DNA of 64,000 nt from Octopus bimaculoides (taxonomy: Eukaryota). This document shows positions 11,486-23,930 of the stretch, one piece after another. The first letter of the stretch is position 1. Every line of letters begins with the position of its first letter. The notes below the pieces were generated by a model. It saw nothing but the letters and a program-made list of their open reading frames with translations, was not told the origin of the DNA and did not search any database. A program made the position numbers and the translations under genes. The DNA is taken from NCBI RefSeq assembly GCF_001194135.2, contig NC_068988.1, positions 51,437,773 to 51,501,772 of the forward strand. The letters are read 5' to 3'.

Positions 11486-13039
11486 ACATACAATAACCTC
11501 AACGTTTCTTCCCATTGTCATGTGTCCAAGTTTCAAAAGAAAACAAGAAAAATGTGTACTTATTTTGTATCTATTGAAAGTTGTTTTTCATTAGGTATGC
11601 TATGCAGAAAGTCCTGCAAGCTGCAGTTTGCCCATAGCTGTGTTAGGACATTAGACTGCTGCTTTACCTGGGGGAAAAAAGTATGGAATTTTGGATAGGT
11701 TACTGGCAAAATATAGAAAATAGAAGTATAGTAAATTCTTATTGGTTTCATTTCATCCCAGCTCAGCCCCGCTTGAACAAACCTATGATCAAAACCATGA
11801 CCATCCCATCTTGTATTTTAGCTTAGTGTATCTAGGACTCACACCCACTTGTATTTGGGGTTGTTTTTTTAAATTTATTTTAAAGATATTGGAGTGTGGA
11901 TTTTGACAAATTTGGCTGCTATGTTTAATAGTTCAGCTACATAGAGATTCCTTATTTATTTTTTAAAAAGTTGTCATATTATAAGTAATTTAAAAAATAC
12001 TTTTATTCTAACCAAGTACAACTGGAGATATACTAGAGAAATAATTTCAAAAATTAGTTATATTCCATTCAAACGTAACTAGAAGTCTAATGGTTTTAAG
12101 GTTAAAGCATTGGCCTAATCACCACATTTAATACAATTTGGACTTGTTCCCAAGTAATGATCATTATTGTGATTTACTCTATTGCTGGCAATTAATTCTG
12201 ATGAAGTATTTACGGTCATTCAAATTGATAGCTACTGTTTTTGTTAGGAACCTGCATGTTCGCTAAATCTGTGGTAACTGAGGTATCTGGCCTAAACAAC
12301 AAAGATTGATGAGATTATCAAGATTACATGAAAATCTCGAGTTGTTTTCCTCTTTTCCTTATTATTTTGCAAAATGTTAACTCAGGCAGTGAATTAAGGT
12401 TAATTGTTAAACTTTGAAATCCTGTGGTCAGGTTTTCAGATTTTCATGCTTGCATTTCCATTTGTGTGTTGGGGTTGTGGGGAGTGGCAAGTGTCTTTCT
12501 AGTGTCAATTCCACAGATGTCTCCTTCATATCTGGTAGTGTTAATCTACCTAAAAACAAATGCACAACTATGCTCAAATTTGGTCCCAGTCCTCCTTCAC
12601 TTAACAGACCTATGATGACTATTTCAGCCATTGCCGTCTTGTTCTCTCTGCAAACATTGTGTATATAGAGCTACATTGCTTATTGTGTCCCTTTTCAAGA
12701 CAAAGACAGTTATGTTAAACTTAAGGAAGAATTGGTAGCCATTTTTAGCAGGTTGGACACCTCTTTGGCAACTGATCAAATTGGCTGTTGAAAGAGGAAA
12801 GAGAGAACTCATCCCTAGTACCTTTTTTTTTTTTTTTTTTACTTGTTTCAATCATCAGACCATGCTGGGGCACTGCCTTGAAGGATTTTTAGTCAATATA
12901 CTTTCCCTGTTTTCTTGTTTGGGATTTATCTGAAAACAATATGATGATAATCTTAATTAGTTTACTATAGACCTTAACATCACTCAGTTAAAACTATGTA
13001 TTTTGTATATTATGACAATAACTCCAGATATACAACGTA

Positions 13040-13404
13040 CCTTTTACTCATTTCAGTCATTTGACTGTGGCCATACTGAGGCACCTTCTTGAAGGGTTTA
13101 GTCAAACAAATCAATCCTAGTACATATTTTTTAGGTCTGCTACTTACTTTATTGATTTTTTTTTTTTGCTAAACTGATAACTTATGGAGATGCAAACAAA
13201 CACTGGTTGTCAAGTGGTGAGGTGACAAATACTAAAGCATAATGGGCTTCCATATAGTTTCCATCTACCAAAACCACTTGCAAGGCATTGCTCAACCCAG
13301 GGCTATAGTAGAAAACACTTGCTCAAAGTGCCACACAGTGGGACAGAACCTAAAACTGTGTTGTTGCAAAGCGAGCTTCTCAATCACACAGCCATGCCTG
13401 CACC
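13040..13404 (-). mobile_element. tRNA-derived SINE family B
   Basis: Head ggtgcaggcatggctgtg with A box and B-box-like sequence. Copies at about 15305-15720(+), 19414-19560(+), 30089-30430(+), 31143-31284(-), 37543-37686(-), 45637-46013(-), 47550-47860(-), 48626-48998(+), 49307-49650(+), 56885-57041(-) and 58789-59542(+). Confidence 0.8.
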
Positions 13405-14579
13405 TTGATATATTAAAAAAAAAAAAACATATTTATTGTTTTGTTTTTGTACTTTTTTTATTATTTTTTTATAGATATTTACGAGGTTATCAAGACTCTG
13501 GTAATAGAGAATTGACTAAATTATTACAAGTTCAAATTCCATTACAAGTATCATACTTGGGCCTTAAGCAAGAGAGCTATTTCTGCAAAAATGAAAATAT
13601 AATATTACTCATCAGCTAGTTTTTTTACTACTGCATATCTTAAATGTGTTACCATCAACTTAATTTTCGTTTTTCACGTGAATGGTATGTCTCAATTCTC
13701 TTTTTAGATAATTCTGTTTTCTGATGTCAATATGGTACTTTCTGTTTTCACTCTTTTGTGCTAATAGACTGAAGGTTGTACTTAGCTGTTGAGATCTGAA
13801 TAAGACTGAAACATGTTCAGAATTATGTCTCTTGTTTGCTCAGAAAATGTTTCTCACTTTTTTTTTTCATTTCTAGGTTATTTTTTCTTTTTACATATTT
13901 ATTTCTACTTAGTGTTTAATATACCCTGCATTAAATATGTTAAAACTAACTTACTATCTGTTAAATCCACTTTTGGTTGATTGAAACAGAAACAAATTTT
14001 ACTTCTATTTTACAGTTGAATAGATAGCAGTAGGAAGAGCATCCATCTGTAAAAACAATTGTTTAAAAAAATAAACAATCCCAATCATTCAGGCATTAAA
14101 TAAAAAAAAAATAATAAATGTATAAGAATTTTTTTAATGAAAAAAGTAACCGAATCGCAGCTAGTTGATATATTCCCAGGATAAAGAAGTAAAAAAGTAT
14201 GTTATGTATGAGAAGTTTGATGGCTTTCATCTTGGTTATTAATTTGTCCTGGTCTGTAATATTTGTAATGAAAAATCTACTTTTGAACTTGACTCTCGGT
14301 TTTCTGTTAGTACAGAAGATTATTTGTTAAAGATAAATATTTCGCTCTGTGTTTTCAGTTGAATGTTGTGTAGTTCTTTTGTTTTTTTTTTTTTTTNNNN
14401 NNNNNNTTTCTTTTAACTGGAAATTCTACAAATCTCATGGTTGATTTAATCTTTAAACAAATTCATTTTTCTATTTTCCAACTAATCTAATGCTATAATA
14501 CTCATAAAACTGCAGTTCAAACAATTTTAAAATGTTTTATTATTTATTGCCTTGCGTTTTATCTGGATACATCTAAATT

Positions 14580-14695
14580 TATACACACACATACACACAC
14601 ACACACGCGCACACTCTTGCACATAATACACTCACATTTATTTATACATACATATATGCTTGCATACATATATTTACCCTATATACATATATGCA

Positions 14696-14766
<71 letters not shown>

Positions 14767-14783
14767 CTCTCTTTCTCTCTCTC

Positions 14784-14835
<52 letters not shown>
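14580..14835. repeat. Compound (AC)/(AT)/(AG) microsatellite
   Basis: Directly visible. Similar tracts at 9685-9726, 18716-18750, 19090-19134, 31078-31140, 31490-31527, 32493-32535, 34400-34685, 35008-35044 and 49140-49185. Confidence 0.95.
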
Positions 14836-14836
<1 letters not shown>

Positions 14837-16517
14837 ACTTAGTAGTTGTGCATTTAACATTTAAATTTAGCTGAAAAATATTTCATATGTTGATCCGAGA
14901 TGTTATTTTAGATTCTGAAATGATATATTTATATTCCAAGTCAGTCATGATTGATGATTGTAAAAGTCTCATATTTGGATAAAGATATATTTCGGCTTAG
15001 TTTGTTATGTTAGTCGTCTTAACATTAGACTGCAAATGAAATAGGGGTGAGAGGATTAAGGTTGATTGAATGAAATCCTGTTGTAGTTGTTGCTGTTGTT
15101 GACCCTTAGGTCATGGATAAGAGGGGGGAAATATCAACTCCATATGAAAATAAATCTTATTATTAGTGAAGAAAACAGTGTAACCTATACTTACTTTAAC
15201 TGAGTCTTGCCTCCTGAATTCTGTACTAAAAACTCCATGTAATTCTTTCTCCTCCTGGTTAGCGAACTTCTAGAATTCTCTCTCTGCACATGTTTTCCTC
15301 TTAATGTGCAGGTGTGGGCTGAGAGGTTAAGAAGCTTACTTTTTAAACCATATAGACTCGAGTTTAGTTTCACTGTACAGCACTTTGAGCAAGTGTCTTC
15401 TACACTTGCCCACCCCCTCTCCCAGACAAGCCAAAGCCTTATGAGTGGTTTTGGTAGGTGGAGACTGAAAAAAATCTGTTGTGTGTATGTGTTTATATAT
15501 CCTTGTCCTGACATCACATGGTGTTTATAGACAAGCTTCATCATCAGGCAGAAGGTGTCACTTGTTTCCAGTCTTCTGTGAAAATATGTCTGGCCATGGT
15601 GGGGTAATACTACCTTGCTTGGAAACAGATGACGGTTAGCATCCAGCTATTGAAAATCTGCCTCAACAAATTGTCTGACCCATGCAAGCATGGAAAAGTG
15701 GACATAAAAGGATGATGTTAAGGCTGAAGATCAATTGCGTCAACTCTACTCTTCTGGGAAGAGACTGCTAAGTCCACAGTTGTGGTGTTCTATCTTATAT
15801 ACGTTTGTGTGGGGATGGGGGGTGCACTCCTTCCACTTCACAAGAAGTATCTGCTTCTTTGTTCTCACTCACTTATCTCTTTTATGTTACTACTATACAG
15901 ACCAAGAAATAGTAACCAAATCTCCCTCACATTGATTGCTACTTTCTCAGGAAAGAAAGCACATTTGGATATTGTGATTCTTGGATTACTATGTCTAGAT
16001 AAAAATATGAAATGGATGTGGTGGAATGCCTTTGGTCATAAGTCAGGCTGGATTGGCACTAAATGGAATTAGCATTATACTTTTATGCAATATCAGTGTG
16101 ACAGTTTAAATAAATTATGGCAAACTATTAATTTTCATCAATTAATATTCTCCTATTTAATTTTTGTTCATTATTACATTTTTGAAGATGGTGAGCTAGC
16201 AGACAAAATGCTTAGCAGTATTTCATGTCTTTTACATTCATCATCATCATCATTTAACGTCTGCTTTCCATGCTGGCATGGGTTGGACGGTTTGACTGAG
16301 GACTGGTGAGCCAGATAGCTACACCAGGCTCCAATCTGATCTGGCGGAGTTTCAACAGCTGGATACCCTTCCTAACGCCAACCACTCTGAGAATGTAGTG
16401 GGTGCTTTTACGTGCCACCAGCACAAGGGCCAGTCAGGCGGTACTGGCAACGGCCACGCTCAAATGGTGTTTTTTATATGCCACCTGCACATGAGCCAGT
16501 CCAGCGGCACTGGCAAT

Positions 16518-17405
16518 NNNNNNNNNNNNNNNNNNNNNNNNNNNNNNNNNNNNNNNNNNNNNNNNNNNNNNNNNNNNNNNNNNNNNNNNNNNNNNNNNNN
16601 NNNNNNNNNNNNNNNNNNNNNNNNNNNNNNNNNNNNNNNNNNNNNNNNNNNNNNNNNNNNNNNNNNNNNNNNNNNNNNNNNNNNNNNNNNNNNNNNNNNN
16701 NNNNNNNNNNNNNNNNNNNNNNNNNNNNNNNNNNNNNNNNNNNNNNNNNNNNNNNNNNNNNNNNNNNNNNNNNNNNNNNNNNNNNNNNNNNNNNNNNNNN
16801 NNNNNNNNNNNNNNNNNNNNNNNNNNNNNNNNNNNNNNNNNNNNNNNNNNNNNNNNNNNNNNNNNNNNNNNNNNNNNNNNNNNNNNNNNNNNNNNNNNNN
16901 NNNNNNNNNNNNNNNNNNNNNNNNNNNNNNNNNNNNNNNNNNNNNNNNNNNNNNNNNNNNNNNNNNNNNNNNNNNNNNNNNNNNNNNNNNNNNNNNNNNN
17001 NNNNNNNNNNNNNNNNNNNNNNNNNNNNNNNNNNNNNNNNNNNNNNNNNNNNNNNNNNNNNNNNNNNNNNNNNNNNNNNNNNNNNNNNNNNNNNNNNNNN
17101 NNNNNNNNNNNNNNNNNNNNNNNNNNNNNNNNNNNNNNNNNNNNNNNNNNNNNNNNNNNNNNNNNNNNNNNNNNNNNNNNNNNNNNNNNNNNNNNNNNNN
17201 NNNNNNNNNNNNNNNNNNNNNNNNNNNNNNNNNNNNNNNNNNNNNNNNNNNNNNNNNNNNNNNNNNNNNNNNNNNNNNNNNNNNNNNNNNNNNNNNNNNN
17301 NNNNNNNNNNNNNNNNNNNNNNNNNNNNNNNNNNNNNNNNNNNNNNNNNNNNNNNNNNNNNNNNNNNNNNNNNNNNNNNNNNNNNNNNNNNNNNNNNNNN
17401 NNNNN
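16518..17405. other. Assembly gap (largest of eight)
   Basis: N-runs at 8053-8409, 14397-14406, 16518-17405, 22087-22104, 25469-25691, 31068-31077, 58141-58150 and 58953-59358. Confidence 1.
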
Positions 17406-18722
17406 CCAGCAAATTTAGACGAGGGCATCTTCTGGATTTGTATTCTTTCAGGGGAGTTATTAAAAATCGAGTAGGGGAATTCGAGTGCATGCGCTAGTTT
17501 ATATAGGGTGGTGGTGGTGGTGGAAAAGGCGGCGAAGTGTTGGCGAATCAAGTGGTAAATCGAAAGAGAGAGAGAGATGCTGCCATGGTGTGACTTCAGT
17601 TTTCATCCTTTCAGGGTTAATAAAATAAGCTGTTGAGCTTTGGGGTTGATGTAATTGAGACTCCTCCCCTAAAATTTTAGGCCTTGTGCATATAGAATGG
17701 ATTATTACAGTTTTCTTTCTAAAAGTGTTTATTGTTTCTGTTGATGAGCTAGTTCCCATGCCAATCCTGAATGAAATCTGTAGTCAAGGTCTGGCATGGG
17801 CAATCTTTTTCAAGAAACAGGCCACATGAAACAGCTCATCATCTGGTCAGCTACACTACTAAGAAAAATAGTGGAAGATAATCCTTTGTTGGACATGCCA
17901 TTCAGAAAGTCCCATGGACTGCATGCAGCCTTGCAGTCCACATGTGACCCATGACTAGACTAGACAAATGCATCACAGTGATATTCAAAGTAAATGTTTT
18001 TTGGGGGTGGGAGAGAGTTTAAAGCAGTTGAATATTATATTATGTTCAGAGATTTGGTTGCTATTTCATGCAAATCAAGCAACTGCACAGTGGTTGCCTC
18101 TATGACATTTAATAAAATTGTATTTATAGTTTTGTTCGTACATGCACCTGTGATTACCTATCTTGATTGTGTGTGGGGGGGGGGATGTGGTTGTGTGAGA
18201 GAGAGGGTGTATGTGTGTGAGAGGGAGGTTTTGTTGCTGACACACTTCAAGCTTATGATTTAAAGATTTTCTGTTGTATTGTAGTCTTCCATTTACTTTT
18301 TTCCATTTTTAATTCATGCTACTGTTCTAGAAATTACAGTTGTTTGTATTCCAATTCATTCAATTTCTATAGATAATTTCCTTGTGGTACTTTAATTGAT
18401 TTTCATAGTTTGATTTTTCAAATATTCTCCCATAAGCAGCACTTACGGTTAAGTTGATCAATTTAATAACACTGAATAAGAATCTCAATTTAATTATTAC
18501 TTGGACAACACTCAAATGTAATTATCCGTTTGAGTCAGCTGCTTATAGCTGTGCTGTGGATGTTACTTTCCCAACTTCTGTTACTACCATCATATAACTT
18601 TATTTTGAAAAGGTTTCACTGATTAATTTGTCTATTGGTTTAATTTTCATCTATAGGAGTGTAATTTTATACAAACACATGTGATGTATGTAAACTAAAC
18701 ACAAACACACAGATTATGTATG

Positions 18723-18754
<32 letters not shown>

Positions 18755-18872
18755 GGAGAAAAAGAGTTGTATATATCATTTAACCGACATTCAATAGACA
18801 ATGCCTTCTAGACAATTTAGTTACCTACTTGTGATGAAACAAATTACTGCTGATTTTAGTAATTACTCTCTC

Positions 18873-18909
<37 letters not shown>

Positions 18910-19089
18910 ATTATTTCTTCGTCCATTTTCTACAATTCCTCTTTTGTATGTCTATTCTCACTCCATCCTTATTTTGCCCTTGCTGCTCTAATTATCAACA
19001 TATTTTTTATTGCTATGTATTTGATTAGTTAATTATTGTTTAATTATATCCATTTAATTATTGTCTGAAGCAACTAAAGAACAGAGTTA

Positions 19090-19136
<47 letters not shown>

Positions 19137-20070
19137 ATAATGCTCTACACTGATACTACTTTTGAATAGCAATGTAATTGTTATTATAATAACTAATTAA
19201 TTGTACTATGACTCTGTTATTTGCAGTATTAACCTTCGTGTGGTCAATGTTTTTATTTCAACGTTTTCACCTGAGTAACTCTTTCTGGTAATAAGAAAAT
19301 GTTCATTCAACACACTTAACATTTTTAATTTCTTTTTTTTTCTTTTCTTTTTCTTTTTTTGAGCCTACACAAATACTGGGTTTATTGAAAAAGAATATAA
19401 TTATATAATTATAGGTGCAGGCGTGGCTGTGTGGTATGAAGTTTGCTTCCCAACCACATGGCTTCGTGTTCAGTCCCAGTGCCTTTTATAGCCCCAGAGC
19501 CAACCAAATCCTTGTTAGTAGATTTAGTTGATAGAAACTGAAAGAAGCCCATCATCTATATATCTATATCTTCATCATCATCATCATCATTTAACATCCA
19601 CTTTCCATGCTGGCATGGGTTGGACGATTTGACATGGAGCTGGCTAGTAGGGAGCTGTCCAGACTCCAGCTGTCTGTTGTTGCATGGTTTCTATGGCTGG
19701 ATACCCTTCCTAATGCCAACCACTTAACAGTGTGTCGAGTACTTTTTACGTGCTGGGAGTACAGGTGCATTTACACAATGTGTGTGTTACTGTCTCCTTT
19801 CCTTGATGCCACATGATAGTTGTAAGCAAGTGTCACCATCATGCATGTGGTGTCCTTTGTTTCCAATCGAGTTCCTGTTTAGTAGGCTTATTTCATTACC
19901 TAGTTTAACATCCCATCTGGCCTTAAAGAAAAAAGTCATAGGCTCTGCTCCTACCTCTTTGGTGCAGCCCTCTGACTTGTTGTCTCCTGTTGAACCATCC
20001 AACCCATGCCTGTCTGGAAAACAAACATTAAATAGTGATGATAATGATGTTTACTGAACCATTAACAGTA

Positions 20071-20447
20071 TTTTTTTTTTTTTTTGGCACTCCGTCGCTT
20101 ACGATGTCGAGGGTTCCAGTTGATCCAATCAATGGAACAGCCTGCTCGTGAAATTAACGTGCAAGTGGCTGAGCACTCCACAGACACGTGTACCCTTAAT
20201 GTAGTTCTCGGGGAGATTCAGCGTGACACAGTGTGACAAGGCTGACCCTTTGAATTACAGGTACAACAGAAACAGGAAGTAAGAGTGAGAGAAAGTTGTG
20301 GTGAAAGAGTACAGCAGGGTTTGCCACCATCCCCTGCTGGAGCCTCGTGGAGCTTTAGGTGTTTTCGCTCAATAAACACTCACAACGCCCGGTCTGGGAA
20401 TCGAAACCGCGAGTCCGCTGCCCTAACCACTGGGCCATTGCGCCTCC
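20071..20447 (-). mobile_element. Young tRNA-derived SINE family D with poly(A) tail and TSD
   Basis: TSD accattaacagta at 20058-20070 and 20448-20460. Poly(T) at 20071-20085 on plus. A box TGGCCCAGTGG and B-box-like GGTTTCGATTCC. CpGs are retained. Highly similar to 60436-60828. Confidence 0.9.
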
Positions 20448-22018
20448 ACCATTAACAGTATATTGTGATAGAAACACAAGACAATTAGGTGGCATTAATG
20501 ATGACTTTCAGTTGTTGAATTTTACATAGTCCATGTGCAGCTGTTGTACATGTTTTAGTGAAGTGAGTCATTTGGAGGCAAGCAACATGTAATGTTTGGA
20601 GGTGTTAGGATTACACCAACTAGAAGTGTGTTGTAATATTTTAATTCGTTTGAATGAGGACTAGTAATTTTTTCTTCCTTGTAAGAAAGACTTTGTCACT
20701 GGGCACCCGAGTCATACGATCAATATGAATGAGCTGAATGAATTGAACAGTGTTAGTTGTGGAGACTGTTGAAGAAATACAGCTGATAAAAGATTTAATA
20801 ATCAGGTACAAATGACTTGGTTTTGGTTTTCATATTGAATTTTTATTTTGCAACGGATGATGTTCCAGATCAGCTCTTATTAAGTAGGCCTGTGATGCAA
20901 AATATTCCAGTTGTGACTCTCCTATCATTTTTAAATGTATCTGGGACTATATTATACTATATGTCCTTTCCTTTTTAAAGACAACAGGGTGTAATTTGAA
21001 AAAGATTTAGCTGTCATTTCTAGCAAGTAGTGTGACTATGTAGAGGATCTTTTGTTGACTCCAAATATTTAGTTTAAATATTTGCAATCATGTATTCAAA
21101 TTACAACATAGTTGATTTTGCTTTTCTTTTTTTTTTAATTATTATAAGTTATTACAGGTCCAATTAGAAGCAGGTTTCAGATGCAAAAACAAGGATGAGA
21201 GACAAATTTAGACTCTTGTCTGATGCAGAATACTGAAATAGTACCCTGTTGTCTTGTAATTAGCATATTAGTTAATGAAACGTTTGTTAATCATACAATG
21301 CTCCTGCTTCTTATAATCAGTGAGCTGTACTTAATTCATATAACTAATACTTATATGAACTGAGATCTTTTAACCATGAGGATGTTAGTTATGGGACATA
21401 CAATATTGACTACGTATACCATGACAGCTTAGCCAGCTGTGAATCTAGCTGTGATGTACTGGGATTTTATCAACTGGTTGATTGATTCTGTCAAAAGTAA
21501 TAATCATCTTCATAGTAAGTATACTTGGACAAACATAACTGACACAGCTGGTATTTGCTACTTTTTGATTCCTCTGGTTCATTTGTGTTGTTGCATTATC
21601 ATATAAGTCACTTTTATCAGAGCATCCTGGTGATAGCTGTTACAAACATTACAGAAATTATTGTAAATTTTCATTAAATTCCTCTTATTTGGCAGAAAAA
21701 AGGACAATATATTGTGAAAGCAAATATTAAAAATTGCTGAGTTTTTATGATAGTTCATAAAAAACGATTTTTATTTATTATTCAAAATTACGCTTGTGAA
21801 AGCTATTGATATTAGATCTAGAGAAGAATATTGTTATAAATGTCAAGAACAGTATTATTAAGGTTGTTCATATATACTTATTCATTGAATTATGAGATTG
21901 AATGCAGTCATTTTTTTTCTTCTCCTTTTAAAAGAATGTCTTGTTGGTTAATTGAAAGCTTCAGTAGATAAGTATAGAGGTGTTATTATATTTCTATAAA
22001 GAAAAGAGTAGAGCAATT

Positions 22019-22086
<68 letters not shown>

Positions 22087-23542
22087 NNNNNNNNNNNNNN
22101 NNNNCTCTCTAGCTAATGAAATATTTCATAAACTGACTTCAAGAGTTACACACACACACACCAACACACAATACTATACTCCACTATATGTGGAGAGCTG
22201 CTATGTGATTGTCTGACCTGCTACAAATAACAGCCAAATCTCCCTCAAACCACATCCTACTAACAGCATGCATTGGTAAAACTCAATAATAAAAAAGAAA
22301 TCTTTCAATAAAGCATTTTTTTTTAGGCTCCCTTTCTTTTTAAATATCTTTGTATGCCCTATGCACAGAAACTCCCTCCCCACCCTCTCTTTCTCTCTAA
22401 TCAAAATACTTTGCAAAAATGCTTTTCCTAAATAATTATCAAAATGTTAATTATACTAATGTTAGTAGCCAGGTCTTGCAGGTAATGTAAATCTAAGACT
22501 CAGTCTTGTAAGGCCTTCTGATCATCCATATCAATGGTTTACCTATCTAAGCCAGCCAAATAATCATGTCTGTATTCAGTAACCTTCTAGTCAATGTCTC
22601 TACTTCTGAGGTAGTCTTTTTTGGAGATTTTTTTTTTTTGTATCAACCTTTTATAATACCAAGCCACCCGAGAAACCTTGATTCCAAGGTACAAGCTTCC
22701 TGCTTTAAAGTGATCTGAATTAAGACCTATCAGAGTTCCGTGTTAATTCATGTTCCCAACACCAGCTTAATAATAAGTTATTTTACTAAATTCTTCATTA
22801 TTTTCAAAATTAAATGAAACATAAGCATGTATTTCAACAGAAATATAACAAAGGATTTTAGGAACTAGGTACCATGATCGGATTGCTGTCATATCAGTCA
22901 ATAGTTGTTTTCATTTTTTTTTTTTTTCATGGGGAGCTGGTTACCCCCCTCCCCTCTATGTTTACATGTGACTTGTTACTAAGATGATGGTGATGTCTCT
23001 GATGATAATGAAAGTGGAAGTACCAGTAGGTGGGAGCCGTCTTTTGCTACACAGCTAGTGCTCACAGACAAGCTGAAACAATGACCCCAATTAATATCAC
23101 CACTACATGTAAGTCTTGGATACCTTTCGTAGATTCCACTCTGTTGCAAACATTCATGTTTTTTTCATCAGATGTTTGCTTGACAGTGACACTCTGTGTG
23201 CAAGGAGAAATTGTTAAGGTTGTGAGCACTGATCCTTTTCTCCTTATATTTTTATTATTTTTATTACTAAATCAAAATATTTCTACAAAAAGCAATTTTT
23301 GCAGGATACTAGACATGTGTGTGCACAACCACCAGGAATTGAGCTGAATGAACAATCTTTATGCTACATTTTCGAAAGCCTTCTCCAGCTAAGGTAAACA
23401 GTGTGGCCCCTAGCCGCTTATCATCATTGGCCTATACTGATGATATACAAAATTCTGCCTAAAAACTTCCAGTACATTCAAACCTGTTCCCCTTTCCATT
23501 GCCAAACATTTTAGAGGTCCAAGATTTGTGATCCACATTGTT

Positions 23543-23930
23543 GAGAAGGTCCTAAACAAGATTACATTTAAAAGACTGCTCCAATCAGTATCAGAGAACA
23601 TTACAACAGAATCACGGTGAGATTTTCCCTGGGACTGAGATACAGTAGACCTGATCTTCATAGCAAGACAACACTATAAGGAATGCAGGGAACAACATCA
23701 AGACCTGTTCATTGCATTTGGGGATTTATCAAAGGTTTGTGACAAAATAAGCTTGAGAACTTCTGTATAATGTTCTCAGAAAATTTACTTGAATCAGACC
23801 CATACAAGGATGATGGCCCAAGTTATAGGTGGGCTGAAATTTGAGTCCTTTAGTGTAATAACAGAATTCTGACATGTTTGTATGTTGACTCTATTGATTT
23901 ATATTTTCCTTTTGTGTGCCCTTGCTGTTA
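23543..23930 (+). pseudogene. Decayed reverse-transcriptase fragment of an RTE/BovB-clade LINE
   Basis: EKVLNKITFKRLLQSVSENITTESR*DFPWD*DTVDLIFIARQHYKECREQHQDLFIAF / DLSKVCD matches the RTE RT pattern PESQCGFR..TVDMIFxARQLQEKCREQ..LxIAFVDLxKAFD. Contains stops and a frameshift. Confidence 0.8.

Noticed and set aside
16398-17551. Longest ORFs in the track (338-363 aa), plus those at 7900-8472, 25454-25720 and 58822-59534
   Set aside because: They are open only because they run through N gaps.
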